DNA of 64,000 nt, from the IMG/VR virus record IMGVR_UViG_3300024520_005201, positions 5,698-69,697 of that record; one strand, written 5' to 3'. The position numbers and the translations under genes were made by a program. Below the pieces are notes generated by a model. That model was not told the origin of the DNA. It worked only from the letters and a program-made list of their open reading frames with translations, and did no database searches. Origin of the DNA: a virus. Below, piece by piece: positions 28,194 through 37,301 of the stretch; position 1 is the stretch's first letter, and every line of letters starts with the position of its first letter.

Positions 28194-28951
28194 TTCATAC
28201 TCGTGGCTACTGGAGCCTTAAAGACTTCATTAAACTCCGTTTCTTCAGGTTGTGTCCTGAACCATTCTGGTTTTGATTTAGCTACGCGAAGGCCGCGCTC
28301 GTCTATTAGTCTGTGAAGCTCCCAGCCACTTTGCCCATGAGACCTATAGGTTACATACTTATCTATAATTCTAGAATCACTAGAAAATCCATAATGTATA
28401 ACCTTAATGTCTGCCGTAACTATCTTACCTATTCCGTTGGGGTATTGGCGCTGGTGGAGACCAGGTCTATCGTCGTAGTATAGCTCACCTGTATTTCTCC
28501 ATAACCTGCAGAATTCTCCGTCATTGTAAGCGTTGTCTAATCTATAGAAGCATGGATTCCTCCAGAGATTTACCTCTTTAAATCCATATGCATCGTCTGT
28601 GGCTGTCTCACATATGTTTCTGATGCCGCCATTTTCCCCCGCCGCTTCTATTGTTTCATCTGCATCAAGCCAGAAAATCCAATCAGATTCAATCTCTATC
28701 GCTTTATCTATTAGTTTTTGTTTGTGTTGTATCTCATTCTTGAAATCATTACGCTCACCATTAATAAAAAGTATTTCCTTAAGCTGGTCACCTAGAAAAT
28801 CTCCCCTAGCCAGATATTCCATGCTGCCATCTGTACAGCCATCGTTATATATTATTAAAGCATCGCAATAACGCTTAACAGAATCTATGAATCTAGGAAG
28901 ATTGTCTTTCTCTAGTTCATTATAAATTTGTGCTATACAGGTAAGCTTCAT
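28190..28951 (-). CDS. glycosyltransferase, GT2-like
   Basis: YNE, DGCTDGS, WLDADE, IHYG. Confidence 0.9.
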   Translation of the reverse strand: MKLTCIAQIYNELEKDNLPRFIDSVKRYCDALIIYNDGCTDGSMEYLARGDFLGDQLKEILFINGERNDFKNEIQHKQKLIDKAIEIESDWIFWLDADETIEAAGENGGIRNICETATDDAYGFKEVNLWRNPCFYRLDNAYNDGEFCRLWRNTGELYYDDRPGLHQRQYPNGIGKIVTADIKVIHYGFSSDSRIIDKYVTYRSHGQSGWELHRLIDERGLRVAKSKPEWFRTQPEETEFNEVFKAPVATSMK

Positions 28952-29850
28952 ATTAATAGCTCTCTTACCGTTGGTGCCAAGTTATGGACTACCTCTGGGT
29001 GCTTTGTAAATGGAAATAAGATTTGCTTAGGCCACCAATTAATTCCATAGGTAATCCTATCTAGATTAGGTTTATCAATAACTTCCCATCTAGTTTCTAA
29101 TCCTGTGACTCTAAGGTCTACATCTTTTCCCTGTGTCCATATATTATTCTTGCGCATCTTTTTATCCATAGGCCTGGCCCAACCGTAGTGAACTATGTCT
29201 TCGCTAGGGTCGCCTATGCATCTTCTGCGGTGCTTTGGGTGACCGATATCTTCTCCGGGACCTGTGCCCCAGGCTTCGTCCGTCCACTTACCAAGAGATA
29301 TGGCGCCCTCTGTTCTATAAATTCTAGCATGGCCATATGAGCCAGTAAATCTACCATCAAAGGACGGAGGTATCCTCATACAAAGAAACTCTGGCTTTTT
29401 ATGACCAGCCGCTTCTTCTATTAAACCATCTGTCCAATCAATACTATTCTCGTATTTGTTTTGGTATAATTCCCAGTGGTTAATTGTGAACATGGTGACG
29501 TTATAGGGAAGGTCTCTAGCTTTTTTTACAGCCTTCTCAGCGCCCTCAAAGTAGAACACGTCGTCAGCGTCCAGTCTAATAAAGCGCTCGCACCCTTCGG
29601 CTCTCAGGGCTTCTATGGCTTTATTCTTAGGCTTACTAATATCGTAGTCTTCTAGAAAACCATACTCGATTAAAATTAATTTGCCAGAACTCAATTCATT
29701 CTCAAACAAGGTCTTTATTATTTTTAATGTGTGGTCATCTGAACCAGTATCAACTACTACATAGGTATCGACAAAAGGAAGCAGACTGCTTATTGTGTAG
29801 GCTATAGTTGTCTGTTCATTCCAACAACAAGTCATTGCTCCAATTTTCAT
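28948..29850 (-). CDS. glycosyltransferase, GT2-like
   Basis: WNE, VDTGSDD, RLDADD, VHYGW. Confidence 0.9.
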   Translation of the reverse strand: MKIGAMTCCWNEQTTIAYTISSLLPFVDTYVVVDTGSDDHTLKIIKTLFENELSSGKLILIEYGFLEDYDISKPKNKAIEALRAEGCERFIRLDADDVFYFEGAEKAVKKARDLPYNVTMFTINHWELYQNKYENSIDWTDGLIEEAAGHKKPEFLCMRIPPSFDGRFTGSYGHARIYRTEGAISLGKWTDEAWGTGPGEDIGHPKHRRRCIGDPSEDIVHYGWARPMDKKMRKNNIWTQGKDVDLRVTGLETRWEVIDKPNLDRITYGINWWPKQILFPFTKHPEVVHNLAPTVRELLI

Positions 29851-30641
29851 TAGTGATATATCTCTTTATTAGAATCAATCATATCTTTATTAATGATTTC
29901 TATCTGACTTTTAATCCCATACTTCTCTTCATACTTCTTGGTATATGCTGGATGCCAATCTACTTCACCCTGCCTTCTGAAAGATGGTATCCTAAAGTTC
30001 GTGTAAGACCTTCTGCCCCACTTCTGACATAGCCACGGTGCGTTATTCTCGCCTCTCCAAGAGCCATTCTTAGAAACATCCTTATGGTGGTCCATGAACT
30101 TATAGTCTTGGGTCCTATTTATTCTGTCTTTAATTCCTGACTCGAAAATTCTTAGCTGGTGGTCATTATCTTCAAAGCCACCACCCCTAAAATTCTCATC
30201 AAACCAGCCCATCTTAAGTATGAGCCTCTTGTGTAGGCACATACCTCCGTAGTGTAGTAGATGAATCATATCAAACTTATCTGTGGCGATTTGTTCTTCT
30301 AAATATTCTAACCACCCGGGTTTAAACGTAGCATCATCATTACATATAAGGACCCAATCTGTTGGAGCTAACATTACACACCAGTTCCATAGTTCTGCTA
30401 GTCCACTTTTTTCTGGAATTAAAACAGACCTGATATAGTCTTCTGAAAAAGTCGATGTCAAAAAATCATTCTCAGAGAGTGTATAGTCTGTATGTAGTTT
30501 ATCAGGACTATCAAGTAACATTGTAAGCGCTGGTCTACCACTAAAATTGTAATCCGTAGTATTCATAAACGAATCAACAAACTCTTTCATAGGTTGCCAC
30601 CTATGCCTGGTTGCTACTGCTACACTAATATTCTTATGCAT
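29850..30641 (-). CDS. glycosyltransferase, GT2-like
   Basis: LWN, ICNDD, GWFDENF..GGFEDND. Confidence 0.85.
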   Translation of the reverse strand: MHKNISVAVATRHRWQPMKEFVDSFMNTTDYNFSGRPALTMLLDSPDKLHTDYTLSENDFLTSTFSEDYIRSVLIPEKSGLAELWNWCVMLAPTDWVLICNDDATFKPGWLEYLEEQIATDKFDMIHLLHYGGMCLHKRLILKMGWFDENFRGGGFEDNDHQLRIFESGIKDRINRTQDYKFMDHHKDVSKNGSWRGENNAPWLCQKWGRRSYTNFRIPSFRRQGEVDWHPAYTKKYEEKYGIKSQIEIINKDMIDSNKEIYH

Positions 30642-31425
30642 CTGGAGCCTCCACTAATTGAGGTTTAAAGGTACCCTGCATTGTCTGCTGGATTATTGCA
30701 TCGTATCTACCTGTCTTCATGTATTCAAGAGCCAGTTGTTTGCACTTAAAAGATTGAGCAGCCTCTTCTTCTTTTCTGCTGCCTGTAATCTGCTGGGAGT
30801 GAACTCTGAAGCCAGCCAAGGGGACCTTGATTAATGCGAACCTTGTGTGCTCTGCTGCTCTTACTACGAAATTAAAGTCTTCACAAATCTCATGGCAGTA
30901 GTCTCCCACCTTCTCCCAGAGTTCTTTTGTATACATGAACGACATACCTATATCATAACCGTTTACAAGGTCTTGAGCTGGCTGTGGCCTTGTGTGCTCT
31001 ACCTTTTGAATTACTTTATCATTCTCATCTACATATACGAAGTCCGAATATATGAAATCAACACCCTCTGCGGATGTTTGCTTCAGGCACTGAGACAGAG
31101 CTGCTGTGAAGTTAGCAAAGTAAAGATTGTCTGCACTACACCATGTTAAAAATTTACCCCTAGCTTCGCTGTGGCCAAGATTTAAAGCGCTACCTGTTCC
31201 ACCATTCTCTTTCTCGAAATATCTAATGCGACGGTCAAAGAAAAATTTCTGAATAATATCCTTGGTCTTATCTGTTGACCCATCATTTACTACAATAATC
31301 TCAATATCTTTCATCTCTTGTTTTAACAAGGAGTCAAGCGTCTTAGAGATAAACTTCTCTGCATTGTATGCAGGAACTATAATTGAGACCAATGGGTCTC
31401 TCTCTCCTAGTTTAATTTCTATCAT
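30634..31425 (-). CDS. glycosyltransferase, GT2
   Basis: VSIIVPAYN, VNDGSTD, NGG..SALN, WCSAD, CEDF. Confidence 0.95.
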   Translation of the reverse strand: MIEIKLGERDPLVSIIVPAYNAEKFISKTLDSLLKQEMKDIEIIVVNDGSTDKTKDIIQKFFFDRRIRYFEKENGGTGSALNLGHSEARGKFLTWCSADNLYFANFTAALSQCLKQTSAEGVDFIYSDFVYVDENDKVIQKVEHTRPQPAQDLVNGYDIGMSFMYTKELWEKVGDYCHEICEDFNFVVRAAEHTRFALIKVPLAGFRVHSQQITGSRKEEEAAQSFKCKQLALEYMKTGRYDAIIQQTMQGTFKPQLVEAPDA

Positions 31426-32021
31426 CTCCAGTTCCTTATAACATCTCTGTAAACATATTTAAAATATGGAAGCCCGCCGTATCTAATCATGTGCTGTAAC
31501 ACATAGCTTATTCTCTCAGAATCTTCACCTATGCCAAATAAATTAGTGATTGTTCTATCTGCAAAAGTATCTATAAACTCTGCTTGTTTTGGATTTTCTT
31601 GTTCTAGTCTATTCCAGGCAAGCTGGAACTCAAATAAACTAATAAGGTCTATATCTCCATCTCTTGTCATGTCATCTATATGATGCATGTACTCATGTAA
31701 AATAGCAGAAACTCCGTTGCTCTTTATTCCTTCTAGACTAAGGACAACTCTACGACCTACTCCTAACCGAACAGCAATGCCAAGCATATTGGTCCACACA
31801 TTAACACCAGTGACGTAGCTACCACCCCACGTAACGGTATCTATACTAGGGATATCCTTGACTGCATTATATGCTTCGTCGGTAAAATAATATTTCAGGA
31901 CACTATCTATCGTCTCGTGTTGTGGAACACCTACTTGTCTCGCTGGAAGAATATCATCTAGATTTGTTACGTGTGTGGCACATCCTGTAAAAAATAATAG
32001 TAGAACTAATAAATATTTCAT
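31422..32021 (-). CDS. lipoprotein with HExxH metallopeptidase motif
   Basis: Signal peptide with lipobox-like FTGC; ILHEYMH. Confidence 0.65.
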   Translation of the reverse strand: MKYLLVLLLFFTGCATHVTNLDDILPARQVGVPQHETIDSVLKYYFTDEAYNAVKDIPSIDTVTWGGSYVTGVNVWTNMLGIAVRLGVGRRVVLSLEGIKSNGVSAILHEYMHHIDDMTRDGDIDLISLFEFQLAWNRLEQENPKQAEFIDTFADRTITNLFGIGEDSERISYVLQHMIRYGGLPYFKYVYRDVIRNWR

Positions 32022-32755
32022 TTACTTTTCCCTCCAACCAGATAGTATCCACCGCTATACGTGGCACCTAGTTTTTTTAGAAAAGCCTGGCATTCTGAGT
32101 CTGGTCTCTTAACAGACAAAGACCATTGTTCGGTGTTCTCTATGCCTATTGTTCTGATGGTAGCCTGCATCAGTCCTCTTGTTAGTCTCATCCTCTGCCC
32201 TATTTGAATTGCTTCTATTATAGGAGTGAAGGCGTATGCCTTTGGATTTCTTTCAGCATACTCTGCTGCCTCTGTAAAACCACCATCTGTAATTAGTATT
32301 ATACTGAGGCTTCTCTTCATCACCCTGTTGTGGTTAAGGTTATTAACTTTTCTAAGCGCGGAGGAGATAGCTATTTTACCCCATGAATATGTCCCAGTAT
32401 TATTCCTAATCCACTTCTTTGCTTTTGCGAACTCTTGTTCTCCTTGCGGTCCACCCGCATTAGTCCAGTCTCTAAATCTTTCATCTCCTTTATCATGAAA
32501 GGTATAGATACAAAAATAGAGTTCGTCTGATGCTATCCTAGATGTTGTTTCTAGCCAGGCCTTCTCGAACCTAGCACTTATATCGTCGCTTAAATTAATT
32601 GAGCTAGATGCATCTATTACGAATACAATATTGGGAGACAGACTAAATGGCTTAGGCGCAACTACTTCTGTATAAGGAACTTCACTCTGGGCTAATGTAG
32701 TCGTTAGCATGAATAACACTATGACTGCAGCTAATATTTTATTTTTCATTTGCAA
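32018..32755 (-). CDS. secreted vWA-domain protein
   Basis: N-terminal signal peptide; VIDASSS and ITDGG. Confidence 0.75.
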   Translation of the reverse strand: MQMKNKILAAVIVLFMLTTTLAQSEVPYTEVVAPKPFSLSPNIVFVIDASSSINLSDDISARFEKAWLETTSRIASDELYFCIYTFHDKGDERFRDWTNAGGPQGEQEFAKAKKWIRNNTGTYSWGKIAISSALRKVNNLNHNRVMKRSLSIILITDGGFTEAAEYAERNPKAYAFTPIIEAIQIGQRMRLTRGLMQATIRTIGIENTEQWSLSVKRPDSECQAFLKKLGATYSGGYYLVGGKSK

Positions 32756-33200
32756 TCATTTTGCTTTTTAGAATCTGTTCTACAAAAGCCTCGAACGTAT
32801 ATGCAACATCATTCATATACTTCGCCTTGGTCGCCTGGCCGTAGCTTACACCTCGGACTCTAAAATTAATTGAGCTTTTCCCCGTGGGAACTACAAATGC
32901 TATGTCTCTTTGATTGAATGCTACTAGAGCAAATCCATCAATATCATCTTTCTCGTACATAGAAGCTTTTGAGCGATTCTTTTTTAAACTAAATTCATAT
33001 ATAAGCTTGCCAGTCTTTGATGCTTTTCGCGGCAGACGGATTGTCTTAACTTGAATCTTGATTAGATTATCATTAACGTCAGCTACCAGGTCGTACTTAA
33101 CCTTGGGTGGCGTTGTTAGACAAACGTGTCCTAGTGCCGTAATCTCTGCGGCTACTAAGTATTCTCCGGCCTGCCCCATAAAGTGTGCATCGTGTTGCAT
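32739..33200 (-). CDS. PD-(D/E)XK endonuclease (I-Ssp6803I-like homing family)
   Basis: G.AGEY..AE, YDLV, KIQVKT, Y..DDID.F. Confidence 0.8.
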   Translation of the reverse strand: MQHDAHFMGQAGEYLVAAEITALGHVCLTTPPKVKYDLVADVNDNLIKIQVKTIRLPRKASKTGKLIYEFSLKKNRSKASMYEKDDIDGFALVAFNQRDIAFVVPTGKSSINFRVRGVSYGQATKAKYMNDVAYTFEAFVEQILKSKMIANEK

Positions 33201-33400
33201 TAGTTTTCCTCAAATAGATTGACATCAAACAGTATATTAAAATCATCAAGACACTCCCAAGACAATAACATTACTGTACAGCCTCGTTTTCCTTTTACAA
33301 AGATAGATGCTCCGTATTCTGGTAAGTATCCAGTTATTGGAAACTCGTCATCTTTTTTGAAAATATCCCAATCTTTTTTTAGTATCGCTATTCCATGCAT
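33200..33400 (-). CDS. hypothetical protein
   Basis: 66-aa ORF with 1-nt stop/start overlaps on both sides. Confidence 0.6.
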   Translation of the reverse strand: MHGIAILKKDWDIFKKDDEFPITGYLPEYGASIFVKGKRGCTVMLLSWECLDDFNILFDVNLFEEN

Positions 33401-33978
33401 TATTGTTTCTCAAAAATAAAGACGGCCCTAACCCGATGGTTAGTTGACCTGCTTATTGCTATTTCTCCAACTCTTTTAAATTCTTCTTTACGATACATTG
33501 GCAGAACCATATCCATCCAGCACAAGTAGCCCCCCTTACGTAAAACCTTGTAGGCTTCCTTGACTACCTTGTTTCGATTAACCATCGGGTTGCCGTAGCG
33601 AAGAGCGTCAGATTCTGTATAAGGAGGGTCTGCTAATATTAGGTCATAGTAATCATTCTTTACGTGGTCGCTAAGTTCTTCTGCATTACAACAGACGTCT
33701 GGCTTTAGGTCGGGATTGATATCAATCTTAATACCTCTGTCTAACTTACCTAGGCTTCCACTAAATAAGTTCATGGTTCGGCAGTTTGCTACGTCTGGAA
33801 ATAGAGAATGAATGCGCTTGAGATAAGAGGGTGGGTAGGCTCCATGATAGCCGCTACCCTTGTAGTTATTTCCTATGTTCCATACGCCTAGAATCCAACC
33901 CTTATCTGACCACATGGAGGGATACTTAGGAAAGGTTCCGTTATATAGCTTAACTCTTTCGTCTAGAGAATACTTCAT
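33400..33978 (-). CDS. putative amino (N6-A/N4-C) DNA methyltransferase
   Basis: YHGAYP, LFSGS, DLILADPPY, VLRKGG; start placed at the ATGA overlap at 33978. Confidence 0.7.
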   Translation of the reverse strand: MKYSLDERVKLYNGTFPKYPSMWSDKGWILGVWNIGNNYKGSGYHGAYPPSYLKRIHSLFPDVANCRTMNLFSGSLGKLDRGIKIDINPDLKPDVCCNAEELSDHVKNDYYDLILADPPYTESDALRYGNPMVNRNKVVKEAYKVLRKGGYLCWMDMVLPMYRKEEFKRVGEIAISRSTNHRVRAVFIFEKQ

Positions 33979-35069
33979 ACTTCTACCGTATTGTAGAACG
34001 GTTCCATTCTTTTTGTTCCCCAGAAATCTTCCATCCATACTGCTATGTTTGGTAGCCTATCCTTAGAATAAATCTTATCCTCTTTCCAGTTCTTAATCGG
34101 TTGGTCATTTTCATTATGACAAAGCTCTGGATAATCTTTCATATCGCAATAGTTATCTGTGCAAAATATCTGAGCATAATATCTACTTCTTATAGTGCAC
34201 GCCATCTCCTGTCTCTGCGGGTGCTCATCTAATATTTTAGGCTGAGGGCCATTGTAAAATAGAATCTCGTTAAGGTCTTCTTTGAAGTTAACGAACTCAT
34301 CAAGCTTAATATCGAACTCAGTTGCTGCACTTCCTCCGCGACCTTCATACTTTGCTAGTTCACTACGATAGAACTCTGCCTTCATCTTGTGGAACTCATG
34401 CCCTTTAGCATGACCATAGTGGTAGATATAAAGGCCAGGCATTGTATACCTAAGTTGCTGCATCTCTGGAGTAAAGTAGGAGCATTTACCATTGGGTAAT
34501 GTCGCAACAGGATGAGTGTAGTATCTCATGCCAGGAACATATTTAATAATTCTCTGGTGTTGCGGTTGCCACTCTGGGTGTGGTGCCCTGACGTGAAAGA
34601 AATCTCTGTAGAAATGTAGGAACGTCGGTATAATTTCTGACGCTGTGGGATGCATATGTATGGCCTGTCTGACTCTATTTACGTCACCCTCCATATAGAA
34701 CTCATCTGCGTCTACTATGAACAGCCATTCACCTGGAGACGCTGCATCAATAAAGATTTGCTTCTGTTCTTCCAGCGATTTAAACGACCTGTTAAGCGTA
34801 TATAGTTGAATCTTATTGTCAGGGTCAGGAAAACTCTTAATAATCTCCAGAGTGCTATCAGTGCTAGAACCATCAGGTGTAGCTCCTGGACGCCCCTCAA
34901 CAGCACCTTCAACCACCCGAATAATATCGAATTCATCGTAGTTGTTTTTGAGGACGTATTCAATCCAGTCTTCTTCATTATGACATCCAATACATTTAAC
35001 GAGTTTAATTTTATTAAGGTCGTAGTTGACCTCACTCATAATTTTATCCATCTGTTTCATGCTGGACAA
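33975..35069 (-). CDS. glycosyltransferase, GT2-like
   Basis: HNEE, STDST, IVDADEFY, YHYG. Confidence 0.85.
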   Translation of the reverse strand: MSSMKQMDKIMSEVNYDLNKIKLVKCIGCHNEEDWIEYVLKNNYDEFDIIRVVEGAVEGRPGATPDGSSTDSTLEIIKSFPDPDNKIQLYTLNRSFKSLEEQKQIFIDAASPGEWLFIVDADEFYMEGDVNRVRQAIHMHPTASEIIPTFLHFYRDFFHVRAPHPEWQPQHQRIIKYVPGMRYYTHPVATLPNGKCSYFTPEMQQLRYTMPGLYIYHYGHAKGHEFHKMKAEFYRSELAKYEGRGGSAATEFDIKLDEFVNFKEDLNEILFYNGPQPKILDEHPQRQEMACTIRSRYYAQIFCTDNYCDMKDYPELCHNENDQPIKNWKEDKIYSKDRLPNIAVWMEDFWGTKRMEPFYNTVEV

Positions 35070-36151
35070 ACTTCTTTTTCTACACAGGACATAACACTTT
35101 TAATTGTATTATCCCAGGACAATTGCTTCGCTGTTTCCATGCCTGCGACATTTAGTCCTAGTTGTCCTGCTTGTTTTTTATTATGAACAGTCCTCATATG
35201 GTCTGCTAATTGCTCTGTGCTAAAGTTTGCCCATTCTCCTTGGCCGTTAAACCACTTGCCATCGTTAGCTGATTCCATTCCTGTAACGTCTAGCTTAAGT
35301 GAATTCTCGTTAGTTAAGAATTGGGTATGACCAGAGTAATCTGTAGCAATGATGTGTGCTCCGCACGCCATCAGTTCTGGAATTTCTAGGTTCCAGCCTT
35401 CAGCGTGACTTGGAAATACGCCACAGTCTACGTGATTAAAAATCTTTCTAATCTGGTCGTGGGTCTCTAGCCTTGGAAAGAACTTAATATGACCGACCAT
35501 TGGAGTGCTGGCGTATTTCTTTTTCCACTCAATGTTTTCGTGCCCAATGAATGGGTTGTCATTAATCATCCATAGTTCTACGTTATCACCAGGTTGGAAC
35601 GCAAGACAGAAGGCTGCGAGTAGTTCCTCGTGGCCCTTTCTTTTTTCCCATTTACCTATGTTGATAAAAATTGTGCTATCTTTCTGCCAGTAGGCCCTGT
35701 TGCTTCTTTCGTTTTCATCTACAAAAAACTTGGCCGGGTCTACACCTAGGGGGGCAACGGTTACGGGGACATCTATATTATTTTCTTCAATGACATCCTT
35801 GGCCCAGTCAGAACACACAACTAATTGGTCAACATTGCTCAGGCTATGCTTCTCTCTATCATTGAATTTATTTAGTTCAAAGATAGGCCAGCCGATTCTC
35901 TGTCCCCTTCCTGGGAACATATCTAGCTGATACTGATGCCATATTCTTAGAGATGGTGCATTGCTATTATACGATTGTGCATTAAGAATGGAACTCTTGA
36001 TTGCATTTTGTATTCCTGCATCTGGCCATTCTGGATTTCCAATAGGAAAGTAAGATACCTTATGGCCGTTAGCCACTAGAGACTTAAAAACATTACAACC
36101 AACTACACCATAACCCAGCGTATTGATTGGCGCTACTAAATTAAAATCCAT
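35057..36151 (-). CDS. glycosyltransferase, GT4
   Basis: GYG, GKWEKRKG, PSHAEGWNL..E.MACG. Confidence 0.92.
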   Translation of the reverse strand: MDFNLVAPINTLGYGVVGCNVFKSLVANGHKVSYFPIGNPEWPDAGIQNAIKSSILNAQSYNSNAPSLRIWHQYQLDMFPGRGQRIGWPIFELNKFNDREKHSLSNVDQLVVCSDWAKDVIEENNIDVPVTVAPLGVDPAKFFVDENERSNRAYWQKDSTIFINIGKWEKRKGHEELLAAFCLAFQPGDNVELWMINDNPFIGHENIEWKKKYASTPMVGHIKFFPRLETHDQIRKIFNHVDCGVFPSHAEGWNLEIPELMACGAHIIATDYSGHTQFLTNENSLKLDVTGMESANDGKWFNGQGEWANFSTEQLADHMRTVHNKKQAGQLGLNVAGMETAKQLSWDNTIKSVMSCVEKEVCPA

Positions 36152-37301
36152 TTGCCAACTTCCATTTCTTGTAGTAATGAAGTATGGTATCCTTCATGTG
36201 CTTTCCTACCTTGCCATATGAAAAGTCATCGACTCTTTCTTTGCAAAGTTTAATTCTATTTTCCCACTTGGAGTTCTTACTATCAAGCTGACAATAATTC
36301 CACTCATGGTATGCATCTCTCATCGCGCTTCGTAGGCTAGAGATGTCTGGTTCTGCCCAGTTATCTTCTCCCGTATACATAAAGCTATGTGGGTGTGACA
36401 TATCGAAGCATGGACTAAGTGTGTAGTCCACTAGCCAACCTGTATCCTTATTGATAAATTCTGTTGGCCCACCCCAGCCTACTGCTATAGGTGGAACCCC
36501 GAAGCCCATGGCATCAAAGTGGGGAATTCCCCAGCCCTCGCCTCTACTAGGAAGAACGTAGCAATCAGATGTTGCATATAATCTTTTGATTGCTTCTTCT
36601 GAGAGAATCTCATGCACCAAATATACTTGAGGATATGAATTGATTCTCAATAGTTCCTTCATTTTATTAATTTGGTTTATCATTTTCTGCTTATGCTCTT
36701 CTGTATCTTGTGAACCAAAATAAACTTTCAGAATAAGCATTACATTATCTGTGCTTCTGAACTCACTGAAGTATGCTTTGAGTAGCGAGTCTAGTCCCTT
36801 CTTTTTACTAATTTGACAAATCGAAAGAAACTTAAACTTCCCTGTAGAGTTGGGAATTTGGAATGGTGCCAGGTCTTCATACTTTACTTTATCAAATGTA
36901 TGAGGAACTTTTACTATAGGTATTGTAACGCCAGCTATTCTAGCTGCTTTTATATTCTCATCACAGGGAACTAGGGCTAGGTCCATGGTATTAATTTGGT
37001 TTACCCATTCCTGAGGAACTCTATCGGTCTCCCATGCAAAATAATTTACGTTAAAGACATCTTTTCTTTTAGTAGTTTCATTAGGGGTGGTGTGCTGGAT
37101 AACTATATCTACATCCTGTAGGCTTCTGTTCTCTAATTCCTTCTCTCTATCTGAAAAGTTATGATTACCTCCATCATAATGGAGTGACCTTGTAACTAAA
37201 TTACAGTCTGCGCTATCTAATGCTTTGACATAATCCCTAGCTGCTGTAGCATATCCACTAAAGTCCTTGAGTGGCGCGACATATAAAATTTTAGGACTCA
37301 T
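36141..37301 (-). CDS. glycosyltransferase, GT4
   Basis: SGYA, WETD, KKG, PSRGEGWGIP..DAM. Confidence 0.92.
   Translation of the reverse strand: MSPKILYVAPLKDFSGYATAARDYVKALDSADCNLVTRSLHYDGGNHNFSDREKELENRSLQDVDIVIQHTTPNETTKRKDVFNVNYFAWETDRVPQEWVNQINTMDLALVPCDENIKAARIAGVTIPIVKVPHTFDKVKYEDLAPFQIPNSTGKFKFLSICQISKKKGLDSLLKAYFSEFRSTDNVMLILKVYFGSQDTEEHKQKMINQINKMKELLRINSYPQVYLVHEILSEEAIKRLYATSDCYVLPSRGEGWGIPHFDAMGFGVPPIAVGWGGPTEFINKDTGWLVDYTLSPCFDMSHPHSFMYTGEDNWAEPDISSLRSAMRDAYHEWNYCQLDSKNSKWENRIKLCKERVDDFSYGKVGKHMKDTILHYYKKWKLANGF

Noticed and set aside
32739-33200. Group I intron around the PD-(D/E)XK endonuclease
   Set aside because: The ORF overlaps both neighbours, leaving no room for intron RNA, and no interrupted host gene is evident.
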